From Blasia pusilla (Eukaryota): DNA of 64,000 nt. Shown here in pieces: positions 25,069 to 36,495 of this stretch; position 1 is the first letter of the stretch, and every line of letters starts with the position of its first letter. The notes under the pieces were generated by a model that was not told the DNA's origin, did no database searches, and saw only the letters and a list, made by a program, of their open reading frames with translations. The stretch spans positions 29,636,001 through 29,700,000 of the forward strand of contig CM114271.1 of assembly GCA_050084515.1 (NCBI GenBank). Direction: 5' to 3'. The translations under genes were made by a program, and so were the position numbers.

Positions 25069-25435
25069 GAAATCCGTGAAAGACCTAATATCATAAAACA
25101 CGTATAGAATCACATACAATCGAGCCAAACCCACTCCACGATGGGAGAATCTAGGTCGAAGCTTGCGGGAAACACCATAGCCAAGAGCTCTACTCACTAC
25201 CAAGGCTAACTCCCAACGCAACAGACTCAACTCAAAGAACTAACTGTTCTTTGAGTGCACTCCACCTTATATCCTCCAACCTAAGAGCGGGCCCTATTGG
25301 AAAAGTCACCCTCAACTGAGTAACCCCCAACCCTATGTATGAAATCGCATCTCTACCTAGACACTGCGGCCCTACATAAGTTATGGCCTCTACTAGCACA
25401 CTATACTCTACGACATAATCCGTATGGTCATAACA
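25068..25435 (-). repeat. Element B 5' terminal repeat, segment A1 only (368 bp)
   Basis: Matches 15587-15954; no B segment adjacent. Confidence 0.92.
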
Positions 25436-25439
25436 CGGG

Positions 25440-25841
25440 CTCGATAGGAAAGAGCTCCTAGCACTCCGAATGCAGCAGCTAGAGCGGCGGGAAGAAGATA
25501 TTGCAGAAGCATTAGTCAAAATGAAGGAAGCAAGGTTGAAAAATAAGGAGCGCTTTGACAAAACGCATCGACTTCGGAAGGAGCCTATAAGAGAAGGAGA
25601 TTGAGTCTTGGTGCACGACAATAGCCTCGACAACCAGCATAGTATAATTAAGAAGTTTGCACGTTGTTGGTTTGGTCCATACGTTGTAATCTTTGCTTTT
25701 GACAATGCCACTTATAAATTACGTGAACTAGATGGCACAATTCTCAAGTTGCCAATTGCAGGAAAAAGGGTCAAGATTTTCCGTAGACGTGAGGGATTTC
25801 TTGATTTCGATTCAATCTGTCTAGAGGCACAACAAAAATAA
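25440..25841 (+). pseudogene. Element C integrase C-terminus (GPY/F region; no chromodomain seen)
   Basis: LDRKELLALRMQQLERREE...WFGPYVVIFAFDNATYKLRELDG. Confidence 0.85.
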
Positions 25842-25915
25842 GTTTGAGTAAAATACCAAGAAGTCTCGATGTTTTTGGCACATATCGGAGGATGTGCAGG
25901 TTTGGAGGGGGTGAA

Positions 25916-27191
25916 TGTCGTATAGTAAAATCAGCTAGTGTGTAAACTCCTTCCTCGTTAAGTGTTAGATAGAGTTTTATAAGTATTAAATAAATTAGCT
26001 TAGGAAAAGGAAATCCCCATGTTTAAACCTCTTTATGATGCCTCTTTTATGCGGGCCCAACTTTAGAAAAGAGGTAATAAATAAAAGATGACTTTATAAA
26101 AGTAAAGTAGTGAGGTTTGTGCTTTAATGAAAATCAAAATTAGGCTTGGTTGGTGGCTAGGTTAGTTGGGGTAATTTGGAAAATATCAAGTGGATAAAAG
26201 AGGATATTTTGGAAGAGATAAGAGGAAATCTACTTGTGTCAAAATATGATTGGCTAAGCCTTGAGAGGAAGCCATATGGCACAAGATAAGATTAGCTCTA
26301 TTTCGTACTCTTGTGGCTCTCTTGTGAGTATATAAAGAGGAGGGACCTTCAAGGGTTCATCACCTTCTATTCCATATCTTGAGTCTTTCGTGTCACTCTT
26401 GAATGTATGACTTTGGGATTGCTTGCTCTTCCAATGAGAGTGGATCATCCCTCTTGGGAGAGTAACTTGACCATGGTCTATTCTTTGAGAGGTTTCTAGA
26501 GTGCGGTGTGTGTGTGGAGATGAGAGGTTTGTCACCTTAGAGGAGTTTAGTCATACTAAAATAGTGAATTTTTTGGCTTGTTACTTCCCCAATGAGAGTG
26601 GATTAGCTCTCTTGGGAGAATAACTCCGCCAGAACCCATTCTTGAGGAGAGTAGAGAATGTCTATCAAGCATGGATAGGGGTGGAGCACAAGTTGTGCCC
26701 GACTTTCCTTTCCTTAATCCATACCATGTCAAGATACTCTTTGTAGATAGGCACTGGTTCACTTGCTATTTAGTTTATCACTTTGGGGAGGCGTTCATAA
26801 CCAGGTCATTCAATCTCCAACTGCGGTGACCCTTCCTATCGTCACATATGGAAGGACATGGGATTATACTTTGTATGTCCTTATATAGAAATCCATGGAC
26901 GTCAATAGGCCTGCTCAAGTAGGGTTTAATACTAGTTGTGCTATCTTCCTCGTATACAAGTTTAAAATACTCTATAGGGATTTTATAGTTAGGAATTTCG
27001 GGGCCCGATGTTACGAAGAAGTGATCGCCTCGGCACTTCCATTTGTGATACCTGTCGTGAGAGAATGGAGAGTATACATAATAACTTTATATTGAAAAAG
27101 GAGATCTTCTCAGAGAATTCATCTTGCATCGACCGCGTCTGCTGCAGCTAGAAGGCCTGCCCTTACTCGAAGAAAGGCTCTCGACACGACA
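25916..27191 (+). repeat. Element C 3' LTR, preceded by PPT GGAGGGGGTGAA (25904-25915)
   Basis: Same length and termini as the 5' LTR. Confidence 0.95.
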
Positions 27192-27195
27192 ACGC

Positions 27196-27447
27196 GATGG
27201 TATGGTATGGAAGGATCATGTGCGTAATTGTGCGCCATGTCACCTTCCTAACATTGATGGTACATTAGATCCAAGCTTAGCAGTAGTTCCTGCAGGCTTG
27301 CGTTTTATGTTGTGTGGTGCGGCCATGATGCTAGTCTATGATGGATGTTCGAGAGGTTGGCATATGGCATGTCTGACGCCACCTCTCACTAGGGTTCTTT
27401 GGAGCGATGGATGTGTCCCAAATTTACATAGAGCAGATACTAGGTAG
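27196..27447 (+). pseudogene. Family A integrase tail with degenerate PHD finger
   Basis: DGMVWKDHVRNCAPCHLP...MLCG...DGCSRGWHMACLTPPL. Confidence 0.85.
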
Positions 27448-27617
27448 GTTTCGATTCTGACTTTTTCTGTGACATGGATGACAGGAAGGCCACTAACGAT
27501 GGGGCCACATGAGCACCGGGCTTTATGCTTTTAGCGTTATAGAGATGTATGTCGTGGTCGGTAGGGATGGATCGCTATCTGGAGTTAGAGGGACCTAATC
27601 ATCAGCTAGAGGGGCGA

Positions 27618-28379
27618 TTGGAGATATTTTGGTACTTCTCGCCTCTGTGTATGGATGCCATGAGTTAGCATGGGATCGTGTGTGTTTGTGTGTGTGTTCG
27701 ATGATAACGATGTATGTTGTGTAGCGATGTGTATACGCACGACAGCTGTCACGAGTGTTAGGATAGATCGATGGGATCTAGCAGAGCGTCTTCATGAGTA
27801 GTGGAGGACAGGCCGAGGAGGTCGAGAATGGCCTGTTGAGGCCCTGGGAAACCCGAGAGAGCAGGTTTTGCCTTCGTTTTGGCTCATTTGGAGCCATATT
27901 GAGGAGCTTACTATTTTACCATTTTGAGTATATGATTGGCTTTCTATTTTTGGTAAGTGGCCCTTGACCTCCTATATCAGGTCAAGAGCCAAGGAGGTGA
28001 CTTGGGAGAATAGGTTACCATGGAGAGAGCTTGGGAGAGGAGAGGGGTATACATGAAGGAGAGAGAGCTTGAGAGCTCATTCTCTCTTTGTTGAACGTCT
28101 TGGCATAAGGTGGCGGAGCTATGGTCCCTTGCCTTGTGAGTGTAACCCAAGCCTCTCATTAGGAGAGCGGGTTTGGTTTGACATGAGAGAGAGTGCACAT
28201 CTTTGAGAGCTATGGTGTGAGATGGTGTAGAGAGAGATTGGATCTTACTTTATTGGAGATATTTTGGTAATTCTCGCCTCTATGTATGGATGCCATGAGT
28301 TAGCATGGGATCGTGTGTGTTTGTGTGTGTGTTCGATGACAACGATGTATGTTGTGTAGCGATGTGTATGCGCACAACA
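27618..28379 (+). repeat. Family A 3' terminus: PPT (27608-27617), B1 (27618-27744), GC, A2 (27747-28252), B2 (28253-28379)
   Basis: A ~127-bp segment occurs twice around a copy of 6517-7027; junction reads CACGACA-GC-TGTCACG. Confidence 0.92.
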
Positions 28380-29130
28380 CACGCGTTAGCCTATTTAGGC
28401 ATGTTGGCTATGGAGAGCTAGAGTGTGGAGACTTCGATGGCGAGGTCTAGTGGAGAGTCCTTGGATCCCGAGGCCAATGAGGAGACCGTAGGTGGCCGAG
28501 ATATTCATGATAATGGAGTAGTCTTGGAGTACCTTTGTACTAGTAGCGTTGCGAGCACCGTGGGTGCTAGAGAGCGGGATCGGATCCTACAGCGGGCCAG
28601 ACGGTTCCGTTGGGAGGGGACACATGTTTTGAGGGTTTGGAAGGATGGTAGAGTACACGAAGTGCCGCATCCTTTGCAGAGAGCACGAATAGTGTAGCAT
28701 GCCCACGAGGAGTTGGGTCACTTTGGGATGAAGCGGACGTACAGCTTGCTCGAGATTCAGTATTGGTGGCGAGGCATGCAGACTGACGTTCAGCAGTTTG
28801 TTGCTAGGTGCATGGTGTGTGATCGGGTCCGAGCATCGTTTAATGCTCCAACTCCACAGTTGCATCCATTACAGATCATCGGCTTAGGGTATAGATGGAG
28901 TTTGGATTTTGCAGGACCTTTGCCTTTGATAGAGCGTTATTGTCGTTATGTGTTGCTGATGGTCGAGCACTTCTCGAAGTGGATCGAGTTGGTTGCATTG
29001 CGTGACAAAGCGAGTGAGGGAGTAGCTTATGCCTTCCTTGACAGAGTACTGAGTCATTATGGCGTACCGGCTGAGGTGTTGACAGACCAGGATAGCGAGT
29101 TTCACGGTGAGTTCCAGGCCTTGTGTGATC
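28380..29130 (+). pseudogene. Fragment of a second family A copy (post-RNase H linker, integrase HHCC and core)
   Basis: GGRDIHDNGVVLEYL...HAHEELGHFG...CMVCDR...WSLDFAGP...LTDQ. Confidence 0.88.
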
Positions 29131-29524
29131 AAGAGCCAAGGAGGTGACTTGGGAGAATAGGTTACCATGAGGAGAGCTTGGGAGAGGAGAGGCATATACC
29201 TCAAGGAGAGAGAGCTTGAGAGCTCATTCTCTCTTTGTTGAACCTCATGGCATGAGGCGGCAGAGCTATGGTCCCTTGCCTTGTGAGTGTAACCCAAGCT
29301 TCTTATTAGGAGAGTGGGTTTGGTTTGACATGAGAGAAAGTGCACACCTTTGAGAGTTATGGTGTGAGATGGTGTAGAGAGATTGGATCTTACTTTATTG
29401 GAGATATTTTGGTAATTCTCGCCTCTGTGTATGGATGCCATGAATTAACATGGGATCGTGTGTATTTGTGTGTGTGTTCGGTGACAGCGATGTATATTGT
29501 GTAGCGATGTGTATGCGCACGACA
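29129..29524 (+). repeat. Outer family A 3' end: partial A plus B (29398-29524)
   Basis: Joins the integrase fragment at a TCAAG microhomology; ends CACGACA followed by the ATTA duplication. Confidence 0.88.
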
Positions 29525-32092
29525 ATTATGTTCCAACGTGAGAGCCAACCAGGATTCCCCAAACCCCTAAGGATCCCTACCATCTGACAACACAATATTC
29601 AAGGATATTGTTACTACTACCTATGTAAATTTATATTATTATTGGTGAATGCCTCTTCATTTGGAGATCACCATCCTTTGGACACAGATCTTTTTTACTC
29701 AACAAAAACCATTTTCATTTAAATTAATAAAATTTCAAATTCAATTATACATTTAAGACGGATAATTCAAAATTATATATTCGCTTGCACGCCACTAGTA
29801 TTCGCTATAACATAACTAATTCCTTCCATCCACAACCAATTAACCTTATAGTGTTACATCAACGTTAGGGGAGAGCCCGGGTTGTTTAATAACCTAGCCT
29901 GATGAATTTCAAAATTACCGTTTTGGTTTCTCTACTCCGGCCAAAAACAGACGAAATAGTAATAGTATCAGAATACCATAAACCGAAGAAATATGTAGGG
30001 TCTTCTTTTGTATTAGTATCAAAATAGCTTACCGGAATGGGCAAACCTTCAAAATTTACCATCCTATTTTGTAACCGGAAAGGTACCGGTTACAAAATAG
30101 CCGGACCCTGTGTTACACTCATATACAGACTGATTACAGAGAATGCTTCCAGGTGGACGTATAAGTACGGTTATTAAGCCAGATTCTCTCCGTGCATGTT
30201 CGATTTCTCCTTTACGGATGCCCATCATCTTCGAGAAATGGGTTGTTCTCGGAATGGTCTCCAGGTGGCCAATGGGACTCGTGGGAAGTCTTAGTAGTAG
30301 TCATAGCTCTCTTGTTGTTGCTGATATTGCTGCTGTTGGTGAGTTTCATCGTTAGGGGGAATGCCCCTTCTTCCTTTTCTGGTCGTGTTTGGCCTTCAGG
30401 TTTTGATTGAGTCCCCTCTTTGTACTTCCTATGGGTCGTTTTTATCGAAGTGCATCTTTCTTCGTTCTCGGCGAGTCAGAACTCAGAAGTCAAGGGGAAC
30501 GAGCCATCCGGAATCCTTCCTGTGATTGGCGGCTGGTCATCGCTCTGCGAATCAAACAAAATAAACCAAAGGTCCTCCGCACGGAGCGCAGCCCTTGGGA
30601 CCTGTGCATGTACATATCAAGTCACAAGTCTGGACTCTGGGGCCTGGCCGCCTGGGCCTGTAATGCCGCTGCCCTGGCCATCGTTTTTTTCTCGTTTGGA
30701 GCCGGGACAAATTCTGGGTTATGGCAGAGATTCTGATACAGATGCTCACCGCCGAAGGCTGGCGTCTTGTCCGTTGGAGCGCCGTCGACGGGAATGGCGA
30801 GAGTACTCAGAGGCCCGTGTCATTCTCCTAGGGGTGCATAAATGCATTCCTGTCAGGTGCACAGACTCACACTTTCTGAGCTTCGGGCCTCTCGAGCCAA
30901 ACTGTACGAGGCGGATACGTTTCGAAAGCTCGTGGACCGACAGGCAGACAGACAGACATACAAACGTCTTCTTCACCTCCTCATCCAGCAGGTTACTCGG
31001 GATGTCAATGGGATGGTAAGGTCCCCCCCCCCTCCCCCACCTGAGGTTATGGCGACGTTGAGTGATGAAGGAACTGACCGCAAATCGGCGGTGGAGCGAG
31101 TCAGTGCATGATGTGGCCGCGATTCACCCATCTGTCCCGACCTCGAAGCGAGCCTACCTTGACTCAAAGGGCTCTCAATCCTTGCGCAAGGATTCAAAGG
31201 AGGAAGTTACGCTGCAGATCCAGCAAATAGTTGCTTCAAAGCTACTTAGTCCAGTAGATCCGGGGACCAAATGGGAACCACAAAATGTCACTCGATCAGA
31301 AACATGAGTCGCTGTGATATCAAATTGTACAATTATTTTTTACTCGAGTAGAAAATACATGCAACTGATTGAAGACAACAACCTCAGGAGAATTTACTAC
31401 ATTATTTCCACCCTCGACCTTCGGGCTTTGACCGCGAACACTGCCTACCGCTGAGAGTATTAATCAAAATACTAGAGTCGTAAATGTGTAAAGCAGGTAA
31501 TCTGCAGAAGCACTGGCATGGTAAGTTCGTCTATCGCTAGTTGAAAAAAAGCTCCGTCCTAATGGGCAAACGGTGTGATGAAGTTGCCAATTGAACATGG
31601 GACCTGGAAAATACACTAAATTCTCCAACTCAGATCCACTGGCAAGTACGAGAAATGAGAATGAAACGCTGAGCACGTTCTACGAGCTATCATGTCACAC
31701 GAAATCGTTCTTGGATCCACTGGGAAGTACAAGAAGTGAGGACGAAACTTTCAGTAACGTCACGCAGATCTTTGATAGATTTTCCTTGACGTCTGGGTTG
31801 CTAGCCTGGACTCGATTGCTCTCCTGTGTCCGAGTTCAGTCTGCCTACCAAAGGAAGACATCCTCATCAGGTCGCTAACTGTTTGAATCGCAGTAGACTA
31901 CGTCAAGCCACGCCGTCCGTTCTCGGACACCATTGGCATGTACCTGCAACATTGGTTCACGCGAATGTGTTAGCCACTCGGACGTCAGTGAGTTGGACCG
32001 TATCATGCATCGCCGCCTTCTGCGAGAGTAAGCAGGAATTCAAACCAATTCGGATTTTTCACACACGGCCTGCGGGAGTGAAGACTGAGGTA

Positions 32093-34685
32093 TCATCCCC
32101 CCGCTCTCGCTAAATAGTCAGAGAATCGCACAGTGAAATGTCCTCGCTGGTGGAGATCTAATGGGACGTCAGACTCAACGGACTTAAGAGCGTACATTCC
32201 CGCAAATGAATAGAGTAGCGTCCAGGATTCACAGGTGGCGTGGACGAACTTTGATTTGAACGTGGAGAGTCGGGTGGCAACATACTTTGTATAAAACGAG
32301 TTTACACCGCTTTTGAGTACTCGTGTTTGGATGCTTCCTCCATCCACTACCAGATTGTGCCCGCTGACATATGCTGCCATGTCTGAAGCAAGGAAAAGGG
32401 CAGCATTAGCGACGTCTCCAGTTGTTAAACATTTCCCGAGGATCATACTCTTCGCAGCAACAACTCTATCTACGTCCACCGCATTATCGGAATCGGCGCT
32501 TACTTCGGCGAGAGCATCGAGCGCGTACGCGGAGAGGGGAGTTGTAAGTAGCTCTGGTGAAATACAGTTCACTCTAATTCCGTAATGTCCAAGCTCTGCG
32601 GCCAGGGATTTCACCAAAGCTACAAGTCCACCTTTCGCAACTGTGTATCCATGGGGTCCCATGCCTCCTCGTAAACCCGCCACACTCGATGTTATCATTA
32701 TACTGCCCTTCTTTTGTGGTTTCATCACACGGACAGCATGCTTAATTCCCACCACCGCGCCGCGGAGGTCGACTGCTATGGTCGCGTCGTACTCATCGAG
32801 ATTCATCTGGTCAATAGGTCCAACCGATCCGATAATCCCAGCATTGCTATAGAAAATGTCCAGCTTATTCTCCAGAGAATAAGCCTCGTCAACAAGTTTG
32901 GCGAGATCCTCCTCTTTCCGCACATCACAAGGCACGAACGCAGCCTGAGGTCCAAGCTCCTTCAAGAGCTTCTCGCCAAGAGATATCTGAATGTCAGCTA
33001 TGACCACGCGTGCACCGTGATTTGTGAACAGCCGTGCTGTTGCTGCTCCGATCCCACTCGCACCTCCAGTGATAACGGCTACCTGTCCTTTCAGCAACCT
33101 GTTCCATGTTCAAGATGCTCAGTCCAGGGGGACGTACCTAGTACACGGTTTCAGTCTAGGAGAAATAATTCCTACGATTTGTCACCACCGCTGGCAACGA
33201 CGAAATGAAGGATATTTCTTGTCCGGACAATGGCCACTACATGAACCAACGAACGACAGTTTTGTTCCTGCGACGATCAGTGAATCGATAATCGAGAGGG
33301 CGAGGAACGAAGCCTCCACGACAATGAAATGACTTTCCCTAGTACATCCAAATATCCAGAGGGAAGTAGACAATTCAAACAGACAAATTTCTGAATAGTA
33401 GTGAACTATCATAGCAATTCATACGATGTTACTTTTGCTCGCTAGTTTGTCCATCCTACCGATTTCGGCAGCTGCCTACCAGGATGATGCTATTCGGCAT
33501 GAAACACTATCGATGATTTACTGATCGTTAACCAAAGACTTCACTCTCCAACGGCTTCAAACTTAGCTCGGAGAGTCTTGGACGATGTCTGGACGATATC
33601 CGTTCATCGACGCCACGAGAGGCAAATTATGTGCGTCATTATATCGAGACAAAAGGATCTAGATTCACGATGCCGTCACACGCATAAGATTAGTGGAGAG
33701 AAGATCGGCAGCAATTCAATGAGGCATAGGACAGAGACACGCAGATGAAGACAAATCGTAAGTGCAGAAAGGGCAGATCGTAAGTGGGCAGTTTAGGGTT
33801 CACAAAGTCACGAGAAATTGTTTGCCAACACGACCTCAAGTCAACCGATTCGGAAGAAGAAGAGAAAGGCTTGACGCTTTGAGAACCATTTGGACCCGAG
33901 TTTCGCAGAAAACCGGACAGACTTGGCAGCAAGCTGATCCTGTAAACAGAAATAATCTAATTAGTTGGCGTTTCCGGGCAATATCCCCAGATCTTATGAA
34001 GCGCTTGCACTGATCATGATAAATGCCGAAAAGTTAAGAGCTGCGAATCAGCAGATGTTCATAACAAAGCCTCGTAAGAATCTGCTGAACCTCAAGTAGA
34101 AACCTCAGCAGTTAGTCGTAATTCATGAAACCAACGTCCTCAATGATAATAGTCATAAAATTGTGCGCCTGAAAGCACATCGCACACCGTGCGAATTTCT
34201 CTGGCGATAGGAGGAATGCCCTTTGAAGGGCTTTCCCAGCGGACATGCACGAGACTCAATGCGAGTGATCGAGTGTCCGGGAACCACCCAACCTGTGACG
34301 CGTAACATCAGCCTGAGTCCTATATTTTAAAAGTTGAAGCCAGAGAAAACTTCTGCAGAAATCGGCGCTCATAGTCTAGTGTTCTCCGCGTTCAGAGCAA
34401 CACAAATTTTGAAAGTCAAGATAACCTCCCGACGACTATCCACATTCGAATTACACCTACTGCACACTAAAATCTTTGTCCGACAGATCTGACTCTCCAC
34501 ATAGCACATCATTTGTACCAGTCTGTTAGCGGAGTCAGCTGAACTACGGCGTTACACTTTCAATTCACATGTCTGCATCCCGTTCTTCCTCCTGTCCTTC
34601 CCCCTGGCCCTCCACCAACCTCAGACCAATCCCGACGACTGCACGCGGGATATCGTAAATACCTGCACAATCGGTAAGGAGCCAT
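32093..34685 (-). CDS. Classical short-chain dehydrogenase/reductase (plant ABA2/secoisolariciresinol dehydrogenase-like group); main exon 33098-32093, candidate first exon 34685-34663
   Basis: TGGASGIG, NAG, TSS, YTVAK, GIRVNCISP, GHNLVVDGG; AG acceptor at 33100-33099. The candidate exon ATG...TGC AG|GT gives MAPYRLCR-LLKGQVAV in phase. True 3' end uncertain. Confidence 0.88.
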
Positions 34686-36087
34686 GACGCCCGCCCCGCG
34701 AATCCCTTCTCTTCGGAAGCGTATGTGACCAGTGCTCTGAATTTCGAATCCAGATCTTAAGCCAGTGGCCCGGCAAACAGTCGCTCCTGTTATCTTCTCC
34801 TCTCTTCTTACGTATTTCTTCTGAAACACGACGACTCGAGAACTGTATCGCCAATGACTCCTCTCTGTCCCTCCCTCTTTCTCTCTCTCTGGTAATAAAT
34901 CAATTCATTCATTCTCTCGAAATATTTAGTATAATGACTCTATCGGTCCCGGCGACTACTCATACTTCGCGAAACATTCTCAGTCCGCGGGGAATTCCGA
35001 CATGTCTTCTAGTCATTTATCAACACAATCGAAAATGGAAAAAATAATTTAGTAATTTGTGATTAAGGGCGTTTGAATATAAAAAATATATTGAATAAAT
35101 TTTGTTAAGATATAGGATTAATGATAATGTGCACAAATTTATTTATTTTTAAATTTAATATGTGAAACATTTTCTTGCTATCTAATTCACATGTCTAATA
35201 GAGAAATGTTTGCATAAAAGGGTTTATTTTATATGTTCATTATTCAATTTCATGATAGAAATATAGAAATATATGCCAAACTAGTTGTACTTTTTTTACT
35301 ACAATGGGGTTTTTATCGGAAGCATTTTGTCGATATTTTTAATTTAAAAAAAGTGAGACATTCTCCATCAAAGTTAGTTATTTGACGGTGGGAGGAGAAG
35401 TTGTTTCTTGGTGTTGGGAGGAAGCCAAGGAAAAAGTGATGGAATTTTTGGATAGTGAAACTACTTTAAAGGTTGGAATCGAATTTACATCTCCATATGG
35501 TAAGTAGGATTGGTAGCTAAGTTTGGAATGAAATCAGATGATATTAGCCATGTGTTATGCAATCCACTAATAGAATAATTTTTACCAATGCTTGTATGGG
35601 TATTTTTCCTAGTTCATGATTATGGGAACATAAACATTGTATCCATTTTTAGTGGAATTCAAAATCTCATGTTAATATTTCTAAGACCTTTTAAATCCTA
35701 CTTCCATAAAATCAATGAAGGTTAATCTACGGAAATCTTTAGGAGAGAGCATGCTCCTCATATAACCATGCCCCTTCACAGATTATGTCTATGTTAAGAA
35801 ATTTGAAAATGTCTCTAGTAGCATGAGCACTCTTCATGGAACTATACCCCTTCATAAATTCTATCCATGCCAATAAATTTGTCCCCTAGAGGCATATGCA
35901 TTTAGTTTCAATAGTATAGATGAAGATGATGTTGATTTTAAAATTGTATGAATATATCTTATTTATAGAGGATATCAAATTATCTTCGAATTTTAAAAAT
36001 ATTTTCTCAAAAAGATAATTTATTTATGTAAATTTAGTTCTAAAAATATGAATATTAGTTAAATTTCATAATTTTTACACAACCTAT

Positions 36088-36495
36088 CAAGGTTGCACAC
36101 GGACAAAGTTTATTTTAGTAGACCTACGAACATGTCTATCATAGGAATTGACATTTCCGTTCTTAGGATAGACATGTTCGTGCGGGCCTAGGTCCCCGCT
36201 GCCTGTATCTAGGTATGACCCACCGATCCCATGCCCCAGTCTAGCGACGTGCCGCCTATTCTTGCCATCCATTTTATAGCCTGCACAAAGCCCATGCCAT
36301 GCTCATAGAGGCTTACACCGCGCCCACCTAGCTTGCTCAAGGGCCTAAGCTTGCCCCACGCGGTCATTGCGAGCCTGTTGCGGGTGTGGGCTAGGCACAT
36401 GCTTGCAACCCGCATACTTGTTTGATCCATTCTCGCCTTCCTTAATGCAAGCCCACATCTATTTTCAAGTCTCAAGCCTACGTGGATGACCAGGT
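36088..36495. mobile_element. Fragment of a hAT-like non-autonomous element
   Basis: Begins CAAGGTTGCACACGGACAAAG; internal similarity to 41517-41930 (inverted) and 57106-57498. Confidence 0.5.

Larger units (their letters stand above)
15481..25435 (-). mobile_element. Element B: gypsy-type retrotransposon encoding a DNMT3-like methyltransferase and PHD-integrase, with split terminal repeats
   Basis: TG...CA ends with CGGG duplicated (15477-15480, 25436-25439); excision restores element C integrase WEDG/LDRKELLALR; all retroelement domains are recognisable. Confidence 0.95.
8744..27191 (+). mobile_element. Element C: conventional Ty3/gypsy LTR retrotransposon, full length but decayed, interrupted by element B
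   Basis: Two 1276-bp TG...CA LTRs, ACGC duplication (8740-8743, 27192-27195), PBS, PPT, and gag-PR-RT-RH-IN order. Confidence 0.95.
6517..29524 (+). mobile_element. Family A gypsy-type composite (PHD-integrase, split repeats), internally deleted and hosting nested elements
   Basis: Begins TGTCAC and ends CACGACA; ATTA duplicated at 6513-6516 and 29525-29528. Removing the block restores a copy of the host repeat aagcattatgttc.aacgtgagagcc seen intact at 6301. Confidence 0.85.

Noticed and set aside
15481-25435. DIRS/PAT/Ngaro tyrosine-recombinase element, suggested by the split repeats and a methyltransferase
   Set aside because: No tyrosine recombinase is visible. It has an aspartic protease, a HHCC/DDE integrase, TG...CA ends and a 4-bp TSD, and the methyltransferase is C5-cytosine type rather than the adenine-type domain of DIRS elements.
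30143-31307. Cluster of overlapping GC-rich ORFs with some splice-like sites on the minus strand
   Set aside because: No recognisable domain and no consistent exon chain; may be UTR or non-coding transcript.
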